Shown: in pieces, positions 17,615 through 27,855 of the stretch
Layout of the letters: every line of letters starts with the position of its first letter
Numbering within the stretch: position 1 is the stretch's first letter
NCBI GenBank assembly: GCA_000995125.1
Contig: LBXA01000001.1
Coordinates: forward strand, 15,511 to 79,510
Source: Candidatus Moranbacteria bacterium GW2011_GWA2_39_41
Lineage (GTDB): Bacteria > Patescibacteriota > Minisyncoccia > Moranbacterales > UBA2206
Length of the DNA: 64,000 bases
Direction of reading: 5' to 3'
Position numbers and translations under genes: made by a program
The notes under the pieces: model-generated
Databases searched by the model: none
The model's input: only the letters and a program-made list of their open reading frames with translations
What the model was told of the DNA's origin: nothing

Positions 17615-19618
17615 TTAGATTATACTAATTGGATCAACATCTATGAGCCAGCCAGTCGGCAAAGCTTCGATGATGGTTTTGATTTCTGCAGGCAACTCTT
17701 TGTTTTTTAATTTTATAATAATTTGTTCCCGATGTCGTCCACGCACATTGGCAATGAATGATTTCTGTGGTTCAGAAATGCTGACTTGCTCATTGATTGA
17801 TTTTTCTAACATTGCATAAAGTGTGCGAGTGACAGTTGAAACTTTTTTGGCATCATAATCTTGAAAAATCAATTTGATCAATTTGCCAAAAGGTGGCAGT
17901 GACAAATCCTGCCTATTTTTTATTTCACGCGCAAAGAATTTTTCAAAATTGCGCTGCGCGGCAAAACGGAAAATTTCTAGATTTGGATTGAAGGTTTGAA
18001 TGATGACTGAGCCGCGAAATTTGGCATGTGGTCGATTGGATCGACCTGAAACCTGCACAATATTTGAAAAGGCACGAAAATTCACGGAAAAATCAGGAAT
18101 TGAAACCATATTATCCGCGTCAATTATACCAATCAAAGCCACATTTGGCAAGTCCCAACCCTTGGTCAGCATTTGCGTGCCAATCAGAATATCAATCTTG
18201 CCTTCGGCAAAATCATGATAGGTTTTTTCTTGAGCACCAGCCTCTTTCATGGTTTGCGAATCCATGCGGGCAATTTTGGCGCTGGCAAACATTGAAGCCA
18301 TTTCCCGTTCAATTTTTTGAGTGCCCAATCCAATATTTTGAAAAATCAAACCTTTGCATTTGGAGCAAGTGGGTGTGATGGAAGATTGAAAGGTGCAACT
18401 GACGCATTTATAAACCCCGCTGTTGTCATAAATCAGCGCGCGTTCACATTTGGGACATTTCAAAACTGTTTTGCAACCAGCGCAAATGGAAAAGCTACTC
18501 ATGCCCTGGCGATTGATAAAGAGAATTGTTTGCAATCCATTTTTCAAAGCATAAGCAATTTCACTGCGCAGTTTGCGCGAGATGGGAGAATGATTTTTCT
18601 CCCACTTTTCTTTTTTCAAATCGACAATAGAAACTTCTGGTCCATCATAATCTTTTTTCGGCGCATCAGGAATTTGCAAATGCGGAATTTTCACCAAGAC
18701 AAATTCTTGGTCAATAGTTTTTTGAAATGATTCAATGCTGGGCGTGGCGGAACCGAAAATGATTTTGCATTTGTGCAGTTGCGCCAATTTTTCAGCTACC
18801 GTGCGCGCGTCATATCTGGGATTCATATCCCATTGCTTGAAAGACATATCTTGTTCTTCATCTACTACAATCAGTCCCAGTTTCTTGAAAGGCGCAAAAA
18901 CTGCCATGCGCGTGCCAATGACAATTTTGATTTCGCCAGCTTTGATTTTCTGCCATTGGGTGAAAAATTCACCTTTGGAAACTTTGCTCGTCAAAACACT
19001 GATATTTTCTGCTCCAAATTGCGCGCTATATCTCTCAATGGCTTGGGGCGTCAGAGTCAGTTCCGGCACTAGAATCAACACCTGCTCATTTTTTTTGAGT
19101 TGCTTGATACTTTCAATATAGACCTCAGTCTTGCCAGAACCAGCTGGACCGCACAATAGGTATTTGGTATTTGGTATTTGGTATTTGGTATTTATTTTTT
19201 CAACAGCATCTGTTTGTTCTTTTGTAAGCTTGATATTATTTGTTATTTGTTTGGGATTCGTATCTTGTTTTTTGTTTCTTTGTTTCGTTCGTTTCGGCAC
19301 AAAAGATTTCATCACAATGCCCAATGGTGAAAAATAATACTCTGAAATAAATTGCGCCAATTCAATTTGTTTTTTGTCGAGAAAGTTCTCTTCTAAAACA
19401 CTTGAGACTTTTTTGAGTTCAATATTACCCAAGCGCGCAAAGTCTGGACGATAGCCCGTCACAACACCTTGCGCTTTGCGATGGAAAAGTGGCACCTCCA
19501 CCAAAGAGCCAGCCGTAATTTCAACCTCTGACAAATAGGAAAAAGACTGATTCCGAGACAATGGAATTCTGGCAATCGGCACCACATCGATGATGATTTT
19601 AGCTTGTTTTGTACTCAT
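17615..19618 (-). CDS. priA: Primosomal protein N' (replication restart helicase PriA)
   Basis: Walker A is LLCGPAGSGKTEVY. A DExH helicase core and a Cys-rich zinc-binding region (CAGCKTVLKCPKCE...CVSCTF...CSKC) are present. Confidence 0.85.
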   Translation of the reverse strand: MSTKQAKIIIDVVPIARIPLSRNQSFSYLSEVEITAGSLVEVPLFHRKAQGVVTGYRPDFARLGNIELKKVSSVLEENFLDKKQIELAQFISEYYFSPLGIVMKSFVPKRTKQRNKKQDTNPKQITNNIKLTKEQTDAVEKINTKYQIPNTKYLLCGPAGSGKTEVYIESIKQLKKNEQVLILVPELTLTPQAIERYSAQFGAENISVLTSKVSKGEFFTQWQKIKAGEIKIVIGTRMAVFAPFKKLGLIVVDEEQDMSFKQWDMNPRYDARTVAEKLAQLHKCKIIFGSATPSIESFQKTIDQEFVLVKIPHLQIPDAPKKDYDGPEVSIVDLKKEKWEKNHSPISRKLRSEIAYALKNGLQTILFINRQGMSSFSICAGCKTVLKCPKCERALIYDNSGVYKCVSCTFQSSITPTCSKCKGLIFQNIGLGTQKIEREMASMFASAKIARMDSQTMKEAGAQEKTYHDFAEGKIDILIGTQMLTKGWDLPNVALIGIIDADNMVSIPDFSVNFRAFSNIVQVSGRSNRPHAKFRGSVIIQTFNPNLEIFRFAAQRNFEKFFAREIKNRQDLSLPPFGKLIKLIFQDYDAKKVSTVTRTLYAMLEKSINEQVSISEPQKSFIANVRGRHREQIIIKLKNKELPAEIKTIIEALPTGWLIDVDPISII
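19159..19193. repeat. Heptanucleotide tandem repeat (GGTATTT) in 5 copies inside the priA CDS
   Basis: Read directly from the sequence. It encodes NTKYQIPNTKY just N-terminal to the Walker A motif. Confidence 0.9.
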
Positions 19619-19675
19619 GTTCTAAGAATAGCATAAATATTGCGTATAGGCGTATTTTAAGCTAGAATTTAGTAT

Positions 19676-20218
19676 ATGAAGAGAAAAATATTCATCAATA
19701 TAAATTTACCGGATCGAACAAAAAAACGGCTAAGTAGAGCCATTGAAAGATGGGTGGATTTGCCGGTGAAGTGGGTGCGGGAGGAAAACCTGCATGTTTC
19801 TTTGTTTTTCCTGGGCTTTGTGGATGATGATTCGACCTATGAGGTGTGTGAGGCTGTCACTCGAGCGGCCCAAACAGAGGAGATTTTTGACATAGAATTC
19901 GACACTATCAAGCTCAGTCCATCAGCTGAGGATCCGCGAGTGGTTGTGGTGACTGGCAAGCCCAATGAAAACTTGCGCAACTTGGCGGAAAAAATTGAAA
20001 AAGAATTGGGCATTTTTACGAGCGCAAAAAAAGAATTTCGTCCCAACATCACTTTGGGCAAGGTTCGTAAAAATATTTGGCAAGACTTGTCAGAGAAGCC
20101 GGTGATCAATAAGGAGTTTCCTTTGCTGGCCACTGTAGAAAGTGTGGACGTGATGGCAAGCAACTTTGAGGGTGATGACGCTGAATTTGTGATTGTTGAA
20201 AGTTGTCAGTTAGTGTAG
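19676..20218 (+). CDS. 2H phosphoesterase superfamily protein (LigT/ThpR-like 2'-5' RNA ligase); the second HxT motif is degenerate
   Basis: The first motif is HVSLFFLG. The second position reads NITLGKV, with N in place of H. Confidence 0.55.
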   Translation: MKRKIFININLPDRTKKRLSRAIERWVDLPVKWVREENLHVSLFFLGFVDDDSTYEVCEAVTRAAQTEEIFDIEFDTIKLSPSAEDPRVVVVTGKPNENLRNLAEKIEKELGIFTSAKKEFRPNITLGKVRKNIWQDLSEKPVINKEFPLLATVESVDVMASNFEGDDAEFVIVESCQLV

Positions 20219-20251
20219 TAACTCGTAACTAGTAATTGGTAACTAGCAAAT

Positions 20252-21049
20252 ATGAATAGTATTTTGGGAGTTACAATTGATAATTTTTCTAAATATGAAA
20301 TACTTCAAAAAGTAGAATTTTTTCTTTCAGAAAATAAGCTTCATCAAATAGCTACAATAAATCCGGAGTTTATTTTGCAAGCACAAAAAGATAGTGAGTT
20401 CAAAAATATTTTGAATACTTGCGATTTGCGAATAGTGGATGGCGTCGGAATTTGGTTTGCTTTTTTGCGCTTTGGGAGTTTTCTGAAAAACAGAATGACC
20501 GGCATTGATTTGATGCTGGACATTTTGCGCATAGCCAATGAAAAAAAATTAAGAATATTTTTAGTTAGTTATACTGGCGCTTTGAGCTCGTGGGAAGAAA
20601 CTAAAGATGCTATTGCGAAAATTTATCCCAATCTAGAAGTAGACGGCGAAGCAATTTCGAATTTAGAATTTCTAATTTCGAATCAAACCAAAATTTCTAA
20701 TGACTTAATGTATAAAAAAATTAGTAATTCGAAATTAGAGCATTCAAAATTCATTCAAAATTCAGAATTCAAAATTCAGAATTCAGATATCGTTTTCTGT
20801 GCCCTAGGCTCTCCTTTACAAGAAAAATTCCTGCACTCGCTGAAATCACGTGAAAATGCTAAGATAAAACTAGCAATGGGCGTGGGTGGTAGTTTTGATT
20901 TCTTGACTGGCAAGCGTCAAAGGGCGCCAAAATTTCTGCAAAAAGTTGGACTAGAATGGTTGTGGCGTTTTGTTCAAGAGCCAAGATATCGCGCCAAAAG
21001 AATTTTCCGTGCCGTGGTGATTTTTCCAATCAAAGTAATTTTTAATTAG
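20252..21049 (+). CDS. WecB/TagA/CpsF-family glycosyltransferase (GT26) with a low-complexity insertion
   Basis: The conserved C-terminal GT26 motif is GVGGSFDFLTGKRQRAPKFLQKVGLEWLWRFVQEPR. An internal NSKLEHSKFIQNSEFKIQNS stretch is encoded by AAATTCA-like repeats. Confidence 0.75.
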   Translation: MNSILGVTIDNFSKYEILQKVEFFLSENKLHQIATINPEFILQAQKDSEFKNILNTCDLRIVDGVGIWFAFLRFGSFLKNRMTGIDLMLDILRIANEKKLRIFLVSYTGALSSWEETKDAIAKIYPNLEVDGEAISNLEFLISNQTKISNDLMYKKISNSKLEHSKFIQNSEFKIQNSDIVFCALGSPLQEKFLHSLKSRENAKIKLAMGVGGSFDFLTGKRQRAPKFLQKVGLEWLWRFVQEPRYRAKRIFRAVVIFPIKVIFN

Positions 21050-21078
21050 CAATATTGTTTGGCGTCTGACGCTTCACA

Positions 21079-21540
21079 ATGTGCCAAAATTATATGACCG
21101 ACAAAACAAAGTTGATTCGCACCATCTATCTCTATCTAGCGGTGGCTGGCAGTTTGATTTTCACTGGCGTGGGCGCTGGCACACTTTTAAACACTGGCCT
21201 CAAATATTATTTTTTTCCGAAAGCTGAAAAGGGGGGATATAGCCAATGCAATCAACAACCACCAATCTATATGCTAGATAAATCTGCGCTTGTGGGCGTG
21301 GCGACTTCTGACCAGAAAATTCAACTCGAAAATCTTTTGCAGGACTATGAGCAGTGGAAATTGAATAATACCGGCGAAGAATGCTACAGCGCGCAACGTC
21401 AATCTAACTCTGTAGATTCAATCACAATGATTCTGGTGGCTTTACCAATATTATTATTGCATTGGAGGATTATTCGTAAAGAAAAAGAAATTAATGAGCA
21501 ATATATGTTCACAAAAAAACTTCACCCAACTAAATATTAA
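21079..21540 (+). CDS. Hypothetical membrane protein
   Basis: 153 aa with two predicted TM helices. No motif was recognised. Confidence 0.35.
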   Translation: MCQNYMTDKTKLIRTIYLYLAVAGSLIFTGVGAGTLLNTGLKYYFFPKAEKGGYSQCNQQPPIYMLDKSALVGVATSDQKIQLENLLQDYEQWKLNNTGEECYSAQRQSNSVDSITMILVALPILLLHWRIIRKEKEINEQYMFTKKLHPTKY

Positions 21541-21695
21541 AAAAAACAATCAAACCAGATACTTGTAAGATATTATAAACTCTTGTTTTGATAAAAAACA
21601 AGAAAATAATCGGTAAAAGCTTACTCAACATTAGGTTTGAGCTTTTGGGAAAAAGTGTTAGAATGGGGGAAGATTAGAATTAGAATACAATATTT

Positions 21696-23243
21696 ATGGA
21701 TAAAAAAGTTAGGGTCAGATTTGCGCCGTCACCGACGGGGTATATGCATGTGGGAAACTTCAGGACGGCCTTGTATACTTATCTTTTCGCCAAAAAAACT
21801 GGCGGAGAGTTTTTGTTGCGTATTGAAGACACAGACAAAAACCGCTTTGTTGAAAATTCTATTGAAAATATCATAACCTTGCTAGAATGGTCGGGTCTAA
21901 TATACAGCGAAGGGGTTTTTGTAAATCCCAAATCAAAAATCTCAAATTCCAAACAAAATCCAAATTCAGAAATGACTAATTCTACAAGCTATCCTGACTT
22001 AGTTGAAATTGGAAATTTTGGGCCATACATTCAGTCTGAGAGATTAGACAGCTACAAAGAATACGCGCAGAAATTGATTGAAAATGGCACAGCTTATTAT
22101 TGTTTTTGCACTGAGCAAGATTTGGAAGCGATGCGCAATGAGCAAATCGCCAACAAGCAGGCGCCGATGTATAATCGCAGTTGTTTGAAATTGTCCACTG
22201 AAGAGATTCAGCAAAAAATTGCGGCAGGTGAAAAATATGTAATTCGTCAAAAAATAAATACAGAAGGATTCACAAAATACACTGATTTGATTCGGGGAGA
22301 AATTGAATTCAAGAATGAATTGTTGGATGATCAAATTCTTATGAAGTCCGATGGATATCCAACCTATAATTTCGCCAATGTGGTGGATGATCATTTAATG
22401 AGCATCTCACATGTTTTACGTGGCGAAGAGTATGTTTCTAGTACACCCAAGTATATTCAACTTTATCAAAATTTTGGTTGGGATGTGCCAGAATTTGCTC
22501 ATCTGCCATTGCTTTTGAATCCCGACAAAACAAAATTATCCAAGCGACAAGGTGATGTGGCCGTGGAAGACTACATTAAGAAAGGTTATTTAAAAGAAGC
22601 GATCATAAACTTTGTAGTGCTTTTGGGTTGGAACATCGGCGACGGCAGCACCCAAGAAGTTTTTTCACTGGCAGAATTGGAACAAGTTTTTGACTTGAAG
22701 CGCGTGCACAAGGCTGGCGCGGTTTTTGATTTGAAAAAATTGGATTGGCTGAATGCGCAATATATCAAGAAACTTTCTGTGGATGAACTGTATGAAAAAT
22801 CATTGGAATTTTTTGCCCAAAAAGATTTCTATAACAATGCTGCACCAGATGTGAAAACAGAAACATATTTGAAAAAAGTTTTGCAAATTGAACAAGAGCG
22901 CTTGAACAATTTATCTGAGGTGGGGGAGAACAATCAATTTTTCTTTGCACCGATTGCCTATGACAAAGTGATGCTCAATTGGAAAGATATGTTGCCGGAA
23001 GCCTTGCAAGAATCATTGCAGAAATCCATTGAAACACTGAGCGGAATTGCTGAAGAAAATTGGGAACTGAAAAATATTGAAGAAAAACTTTTTGCTGTCG
23101 CCGGAGACAAGAAAGGTGATTTGCTGTGGCCATTGCGAGTGGCACTGTCCGGCGCGCAAAAATCGCCTTCACCGATGGAATTGGCCTGGGTGTTGGGCAA
23201 AACAGAATCTTTGCAACGATTACAAAACGCGTTGGAAAGATAA
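21696..23243 (+). CDS. gltX: Glutamyl-tRNA synthetase
   Basis: FAPSPTGYMHVGNFRTALY is the HIGH-region equivalent. KLSKRQGD is the KMSKS-region equivalent. The protein is 515 aa with an inserted low-complexity segment. Confidence 0.85.
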   Translation: MDKKVRVRFAPSPTGYMHVGNFRTALYTYLFAKKTGGEFLLRIEDTDKNRFVENSIENIITLLEWSGLIYSEGVFVNPKSKISNSKQNPNSEMTNSTSYPDLVEIGNFGPYIQSERLDSYKEYAQKLIENGTAYYCFCTEQDLEAMRNEQIANKQAPMYNRSCLKLSTEEIQQKIAAGEKYVIRQKINTEGFTKYTDLIRGEIEFKNELLDDQILMKSDGYPTYNFANVVDDHLMSISHVLRGEEYVSSTPKYIQLYQNFGWDVPEFAHLPLLLNPDKTKLSKRQGDVAVEDYIKKGYLKEAIINFVVLLGWNIGDGSTQEVFSLAELEQVFDLKRVHKAGAVFDLKKLDWLNAQYIKKLSVDELYEKSLEFFAQKDFYNNAAPDVKTETYLKKVLQIEQERLNNLSEVGENNQFFFAPIAYDKVMLNWKDMLPEALQESLQKSIETLSGIAEENWELKNIEEKLFAVAGDKKGDLLWPLRVALSGAQKSPSPMELAWVLGKTESLQRLQNALER

Positions 23244-23255
23244 TTTCCAAAAAAT

Positions 23256-24497
23256 ATGTTCAAAATAAAAAACAAAAAAATAAATATTTCTAATATCGCC
23301 ATCCTATCGACCACAATTTCTGTGTGGTCAATTTTTAGTTTTGCGGGCGACAAGGTGAGTGCTTCAACTTGCGACACACTCATTGGCGACGCCCAAAAAA
23401 AATGCGTGGCTCTGGAAAAGAAAGCGCAAGCTTATCAGGATATCATTGCTATTAAGGTCAAGCAGCAAGCTACTTTGCAAAAACAAATGACTTTGATTGA
23501 TGCTGAACAATCTAAAAATAAAAATGATTTGCAAAAAGTTCATGATAAATTTCAAACTGTTTCACAGCAAATTGCCAGTTTAGAAAAAAGGATCTCTAGT
23601 GAAGAAGAGCAAATTGAGCAGCAAAAAACAATCTTATCGGGATTAATGCGCATATATTATGAAGATTACCAACAAGGCGTACTAGATATCGTTTTGGTTG
23701 ACAAGGAATTTTCAGAATTTATGAATCAAGCTGATTATATGCAGCAATCTAGTTTGAAGGTTTCAGATGTTTTGAAATCTATTCAGGATATTAAATTGGA
23801 TTTAGAAAATCAAAAAACTGAATTGGAAGGCAAAAGATCTGAACATGAACAACTGCAAGGGCAACTGGAAGAAAAAAATCTAACCCTGCAAAAAACCGAG
23901 ACCCAAAAGCAAATCCTACTTGGACAAACAAAAGCTGAAGAAGCGAAATATCAAGATCTGTTGTCTGATATTGAAGATGAAATCAGTAGTCTAGAGCAAA
24001 ATTTGTCTAGTACAGTTAATATGGCCAATTTGCCACCAGACAAAAGCGGCTATTTCACTTGGCCAGTTAATCCACATATTCTTACACAAGGTTATGGCAA
24101 AACAAGCTTTGCTAAAACATCAGGGATATACAAAAATAATTTTCACAATGGATATGATTTCGGTATTAAATTTGGCAACCTATATGCAGCTAAAGGTGGC
24201 ACGGTGATTGGTTCAGGTGATAATGGAAAATATGCCTATGGTAAATGGCTGGCCATCAATCATGGCGACGGGTTAGTAACACTCTACGGACATCTTAGCG
24301 CTAAAAATGTCAGTAAAGGTTCTAAAGTTACTGAAGGTCAAAAAATTGGCACCACTGGTAACACCGGAAATTCAACTGGACCACATCTGCATTTTTCAGT
24401 TTTTGCTTCCAACACGTTCAAAACAGTTGAATCATCCTATGTCAAAGGACTCATGATTCCAACTGGCGCGCCTGTGACACCAAAGAAATATCTATAA
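23256..24497 (+). CDS. M23-family peptidase with N-terminal signal anchor and long coiled coil (EnvC-like)
   Basis: The central region is coiled-coil. The C-terminal M23 motifs are HNGYDFG and GHLHFSV. Confidence 0.75.
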   Translation: MFKIKNKKINISNIAILSTTISVWSIFSFAGDKVSASTCDTLIGDAQKKCVALEKKAQAYQDIIAIKVKQQATLQKQMTLIDAEQSKNKNDLQKVHDKFQTVSQQIASLEKRISSEEEQIEQQKTILSGLMRIYYEDYQQGVLDIVLVDKEFSEFMNQADYMQQSSLKVSDVLKSIQDIKLDLENQKTELEGKRSEHEQLQGQLEEKNLTLQKTETQKQILLGQTKAEEAKYQDLLSDIEDEISSLEQNLSSTVNMANLPPDKSGYFTWPVNPHILTQGYGKTSFAKTSGIYKNNFHNGYDFGIKFGNLYAAKGGTVIGSGDNGKYAYGKWLAINHGDGLVTLYGHLSAKNVSKGSKVTEGQKIGTTGNTGNSTGPHLHFSVFASNTFKTVESSYVKGLMIPTGAPVTPKKYL

Positions 24498-24523
24498 AAT
24501 TATTTCTTGTGCTAAAAAAATAA

Positions 24524-24562
24524 AAAATGACTCAATCACCTTTTCGAGTCATTTTTGATTTT
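24524..24562 (+). terminator. Rho-independent terminator (aatgactc...gagtcatt stem followed by a T-tract)
   Basis: Hairpin plus TTTTTGATTTT, 27 bp downstream of the M23 peptidase stop. Confidence 0.5.
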
Positions 24563-24926
24563 AGATAACTCAACGGGGGATAGTCTGGTTTTGGAAAAAT
24601 AAAAAGCCCAAAAAGGTGTTTTTGGGTATACATCAATGTATGTCTGATTTGGACAGACTGAGTTCAAAACGCCAAATTGGAGGTTAAAAAATTTTCCGAC
24701 AGAAATTTCAGATACGTAGTAGTATATAAAAATAAAAAAATACTTTTGCAAATATTTTTTTTATGCGTGTTATTTAGTTTTTAGGATAGTGACACAAAAG
24801 AGTTCGAATGGGATAGTTAGATATATATACTAAGTGTATTCAACTCAGGATTCTTTTGTGCGGTGTCGTAAAAGATAGATTGTGCGACACTGTCCATATT
24901 TCAAGATGCACACTTCCTTAGTCAAA

Positions 24927-25490
24927 TTAGGCATTTTTGGGATTGTAACTTTTTATAAAACTAATTGGTTCTTTCCAATATTCTATCTCTGTGATGTTCT
25001 CACCCTTCTCCTGCTCCTTGAAATAACCTGGTAAAACTTTTCCGTGAAATGGTCCATCATAAATTCCAAAATGCAGATGCTCCTCTTCCCAAACCCCATT
25101 GGACTCACTGAGTGATTTTCCGATGGTTCCCATAAGACCTCCCATTTCAATGGTGTCACCTTTCTTCACAAAACGTCGACCGAGATGGCCGTATAAAGAA
25201 TAGAAAACTTTTTTAGTTTTTGGATCCTTGTGTGCGATGATAACGATGCCTCCCCAATTTCTTTTTGTGACTTCGCCGCTCTCAGATAATTCTCCTGAAT
25301 GTAGTTTTGAGTACACAACAATGCCTCGGCCAATTGAAAAAACTTTCGTTTCTGCAACGGCTGAGATATCAATGCCGAGATGTCTGCCCCATAGTTTTTT
25401 GTCATACACATTCATCTCGCCGAAACCAGAAGAAATGTTTTTGAAATTTCCAACCGGGAACATTAGATTAGGTGTGATTCGATACGCCAT
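24927..25490 (-). CDS. M23-family peptidase (small)
   Basis: HLGIDIS and GHLGRRF carry the M23 HxxxD and HxH-like motifs. The protein is 187 aa. Confidence 0.65.
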   Translation of the reverse strand: MAYRITPNLMFPVGNFKNISSGFGEMNVYDKKLWGRHLGIDISAVAETKVFSIGRGIVVYSKLHSGELSESGEVTKRNWGGIVIIAHKDPKTKKVFYSLYGHLGRRFVKKGDTIEMGGLMGTIGKSLSESNGVWEEEHLHFGIYDGPFHGKVLPGYFKEQEKGENITEIEYWKEPISFIKSYNPKNA

Positions 25491-25566
25491 ATAATCGACT
25501 CACGAATGTGAAACGAATTCTTAGCAAATTGATGCTAATAAAAAATTTGTTTCAATTCGCTTTGAA

Positions 25567-25962
25567 TTAGTGTTTATTTTGCGAGTTTTTCTTATAATCT
25601 TTGATGGCTTCATGCAGTGCTTCATCTGCCAAATTTGAACAATGCATTTTGATAGGTGGCAAACCTTCCAAGGCATCCGCCACATCATCACGCGTAATCT
25701 TCAAGGCCTGCTCAATGGTTTTGCCCATCGCCAAATCTGTCACCATGGATGATGTCGCAATCGCTGAAGCGCATCCTAGAGTTTCAAATTTAATATTATC
25801 AATTATGTCGCCCTTTTCCTTGTCTTTTTTGACTTTGATATAGATCTTCATCAAATCACCACACACTGGATTGCCCACCATGCCAACACCAGAGGCGTTT
25901 TTAATCACTCCTTGATTGTGAGGTCGTGTGAAATGATCGAGAACTTTTTTTGAATATTGCAT
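25567..25962 (-). CDS. iscU: Fe-S cluster assembly scaffold IscU/NifU-like
   Basis: Carries the three conserved Cys positions GNPVCGD, LGCASA and HCSNLA. Confidence 0.85.
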   Translation of the reverse strand: MQYSKKVLDHFTRPHNQGVIKNASGVGMVGNPVCGDLMKIYIKVKKDKEKGDIIDNIKFETLGCASAIATSSMVTDLAMGKTIEQALKITRDDVADALEGLPPIKMHCSNLADEALHEAIKDYKKNSQNKH

Positions 25963-26125
25963 GCCATTTTTGTCTGCGAGCTGTGCGAGTAGCTACAAAA
26001 ATGAGCATCCCGCACAAATTTCTCGCGAAACTTGTTATTTGGATTAAGTTTAGCCGTTAGGCGAATTTGCAAAACAACTTATATATTATTTGCCCAGCGT
26101 AACAAAAATTTGTGCTGGGATACCT
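25963..26125. repeat. Copy A of a roughly 150-bp repeated leader element (other copies at 30800-30943 and 39629-39790)
   Basis: Shares tttgtctgcgagNNNNcgagNagctacaaaaatNagcatcccgcacaaatt...tttagccgNNaggcga...(tttgtgctggga) with the other copies. Its 3' hairpin abuts the iscU ATG. Confidence 0.55.
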
Positions 26126-26127
26126 CC

Positions 26128-27390
26128 CTATTTTTTAGAGTAATAGTCTGTTAATACTGAACCAGAAATTTTTCGCAATCTAGTTATGATTATTTTTAAT
26201 TTCTTCACTGTCATGTCTATTTCCTGCTTGGTTGTGTATTTGCCGATTGTGAATCGCAATGATCCATGTGCCTGTTCTGCCTTGAGCCCGATGGACAACA
26301 AGACATGTGAGGGTGACAATGCGCCCGATGAACAAGCGGAACCAGTGGAGCAAGCAACGCCCTCCATATCCAATGAAAGCAAAAGTCCCTCCCCTTCCAC
26401 ATCAGCAAAACTGAAGTTGGCATTGTTGGGCGAGCGCATAATGCGCGATCCATTTAATTTTGCATCAGAAATTTCTCGCAAAACTTTTTCTATCAAATAA
26501 TCACGTAATTTTAGTATAGCCATATTTTGTTTTTTGTTTTTTGTATCTTGTATCTTTTCAATGGCTTTGCCAAACCCAACAATTCCAGGCACGTTGTGTG
26601 TGCCCGCGCGCATCTTGTATTCCTGATCACCACCGTCTTGAATTTTCTTGATGGCAGTCCCCTTTTTAACGAACAACATCCCTACACCCTTGGGTCCATA
26701 AATTTTGTGTGCTGACATAGAAAGCAAATCTACACCTAATTTTGTCACATTGCACTCAAAATAGTTCACTGCTTGTGTTGCATCAGTGTGAAATAAAAGC
26801 TTAAATTCACTTTCTTTTTTAGTGGCATTTATTTTTTTCACCAATTTGCCAATTTTTTCAATAGGTTGCACTGTGCCAATTTCATTGTTCACATACATCA
26901 CGGAAATCAAAATTGTGTTTGATTTGATAGCCTTGGCGATATCGCTAACTTCAATTAGCCCATCTTTGCCTGGGTTGATATAAGAAACTTCCGCTAAATT
27001 TTCTTTTTCTACGGCTTTGCAAGAATCCAGCACGCAATGATGTTCAAATGCGGTCGTGATTATGTGGGGTTTTATGTTTTTCGTAGTTCGTACATTCGGG
27101 CTTGATTCGTAATTCGTAGCGAATTGCGAATAATATGACTTCAAAACACCCTTAATGGTGATGTTGTTTGCTTCTGTGGCTCCACTGGTAAAAATTATTT
27201 CTGATGGTGTAGCGCCAAAAAAACTGGCGATTTTGCCACGCGCGCAGTCTACTGCTTGCAAAGCATCTTGTCCAAAAGAATGAATCGACATGGCATTGCC
27301 AAAATTCTCCGAAAAATATGGCAACATTTCTTTCAACACTTCTTTGTCTACGGGTGTAGTGGCAGCATAATCTAAATATATCTTTTTCAT
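26128..27390 (-). CDS. iscS: Cysteine desulfurase
   Basis: MKKIYLDYAATTPVD; the PLP lysine region is SAHKIYGPKGVG; the active-site Cys loop is SSGSACSSG. Confidence 0.85.
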   Translation of the reverse strand: MKKIYLDYAATTPVDKEVLKEMLPYFSENFGNAMSIHSFGQDALQAVDCARGKIASFFGATPSEIIFTSGATEANNITIKGVLKSYYSQFATNYESSPNVRTTKNIKPHIITTAFEHHCVLDSCKAVEKENLAEVSYINPGKDGLIEVSDIAKAIKSNTILISVMYVNNEIGTVQPIEKIGKLVKKINATKKESEFKLLFHTDATQAVNYFECNVTKLGVDLLSMSAHKIYGPKGVGMLFVKKGTAIKKIQDGGDQEYKMRAGTHNVPGIVGFGKAIEKIQDTKNKKQNMAILKLRDYLIEKVLREISDAKLNGSRIMRSPNNANFSFADVEGEGLLLSLDMEGVACSTGSACSSGALSPSHVLLSIGLKAEQAHGSLRFTIGKYTTKQEIDMTVKKLKIIITRLRKISGSVLTDYYSKK

Positions 27391-27463
27391 AGATAGTATC
27401 CTAGAGCTTAGCTCTTGGATATCCTAGAGCTAAGCTTTAGGACTCCATCAAGCAACTCATTTT

Positions 27464-27853
27464 TTATTTTATTAAATCACTTAATTTTATTCCCCGTAAT
27501 GTTTTTTCAATCTGTGTTCCTAAAATTTTCCAAACAATTTTTGATGAACATAAATGCTCCATTCTGCAAACCTTGCCAACACATTTCATCGGCGCAATCG
27601 GGCCTTCCAACGCAATCACGATATCAGCCACATTGATTTTTTTAGCCGGAATTTTCAAAGCATATCCCCCGTTGGTGCCCTTGAAACTATCTACTAAATC
27701 ATATTTTCGCAAAACATTTAAAAGTCGTTCCAGATATTTAATCGAGATTGACTCTTCTTTGGCAATCAATTTGATGTTTTTGACCTTGGTTTCATTCTTC
27801 GCCAAATTCACCATCGCCTTGAGCCCGTATTCAGCTTTAGTTGAAAATTTCAT
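27464..27853 (-). CDS. iscR: Rrf2-family transcriptional regulator (IscR-like)
   Basis: N-terminal wHTH reads MKFSTKAEYGLKAMVNLA...SISIKYLERLLNVLRKYDLVDSFKGTNGGYAL. A Cys cluster is CVGKVCRMEHLC. Confidence 0.8.
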   Translation of the reverse strand: MKFSTKAEYGLKAMVNLAKNETKVKNIKLIAKEESISIKYLERLLNVLRKYDLVDSFKGTNGGYALKIPAKKINVADIVIALEGPIAPMKCVGKVCRMEHLCSSKIVWKILGTQIEKTLRGIKLSDLIK

Positions 27854-27855
27854 TT

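Noticed and set aside
19159-19193. Tandem repeats as a possible CRISPR array
   Set aside because: The units are 7 nt with no spacers and lie within a CDS. No repeat-spacer architecture exists anywhere in the window.
21637-21876. 79-aa ORF overlapping the gltX start
   Set aside because: It is out of frame with gltX, whose N-terminal class-I motif is clear. There is no RBS or promoter evidence.
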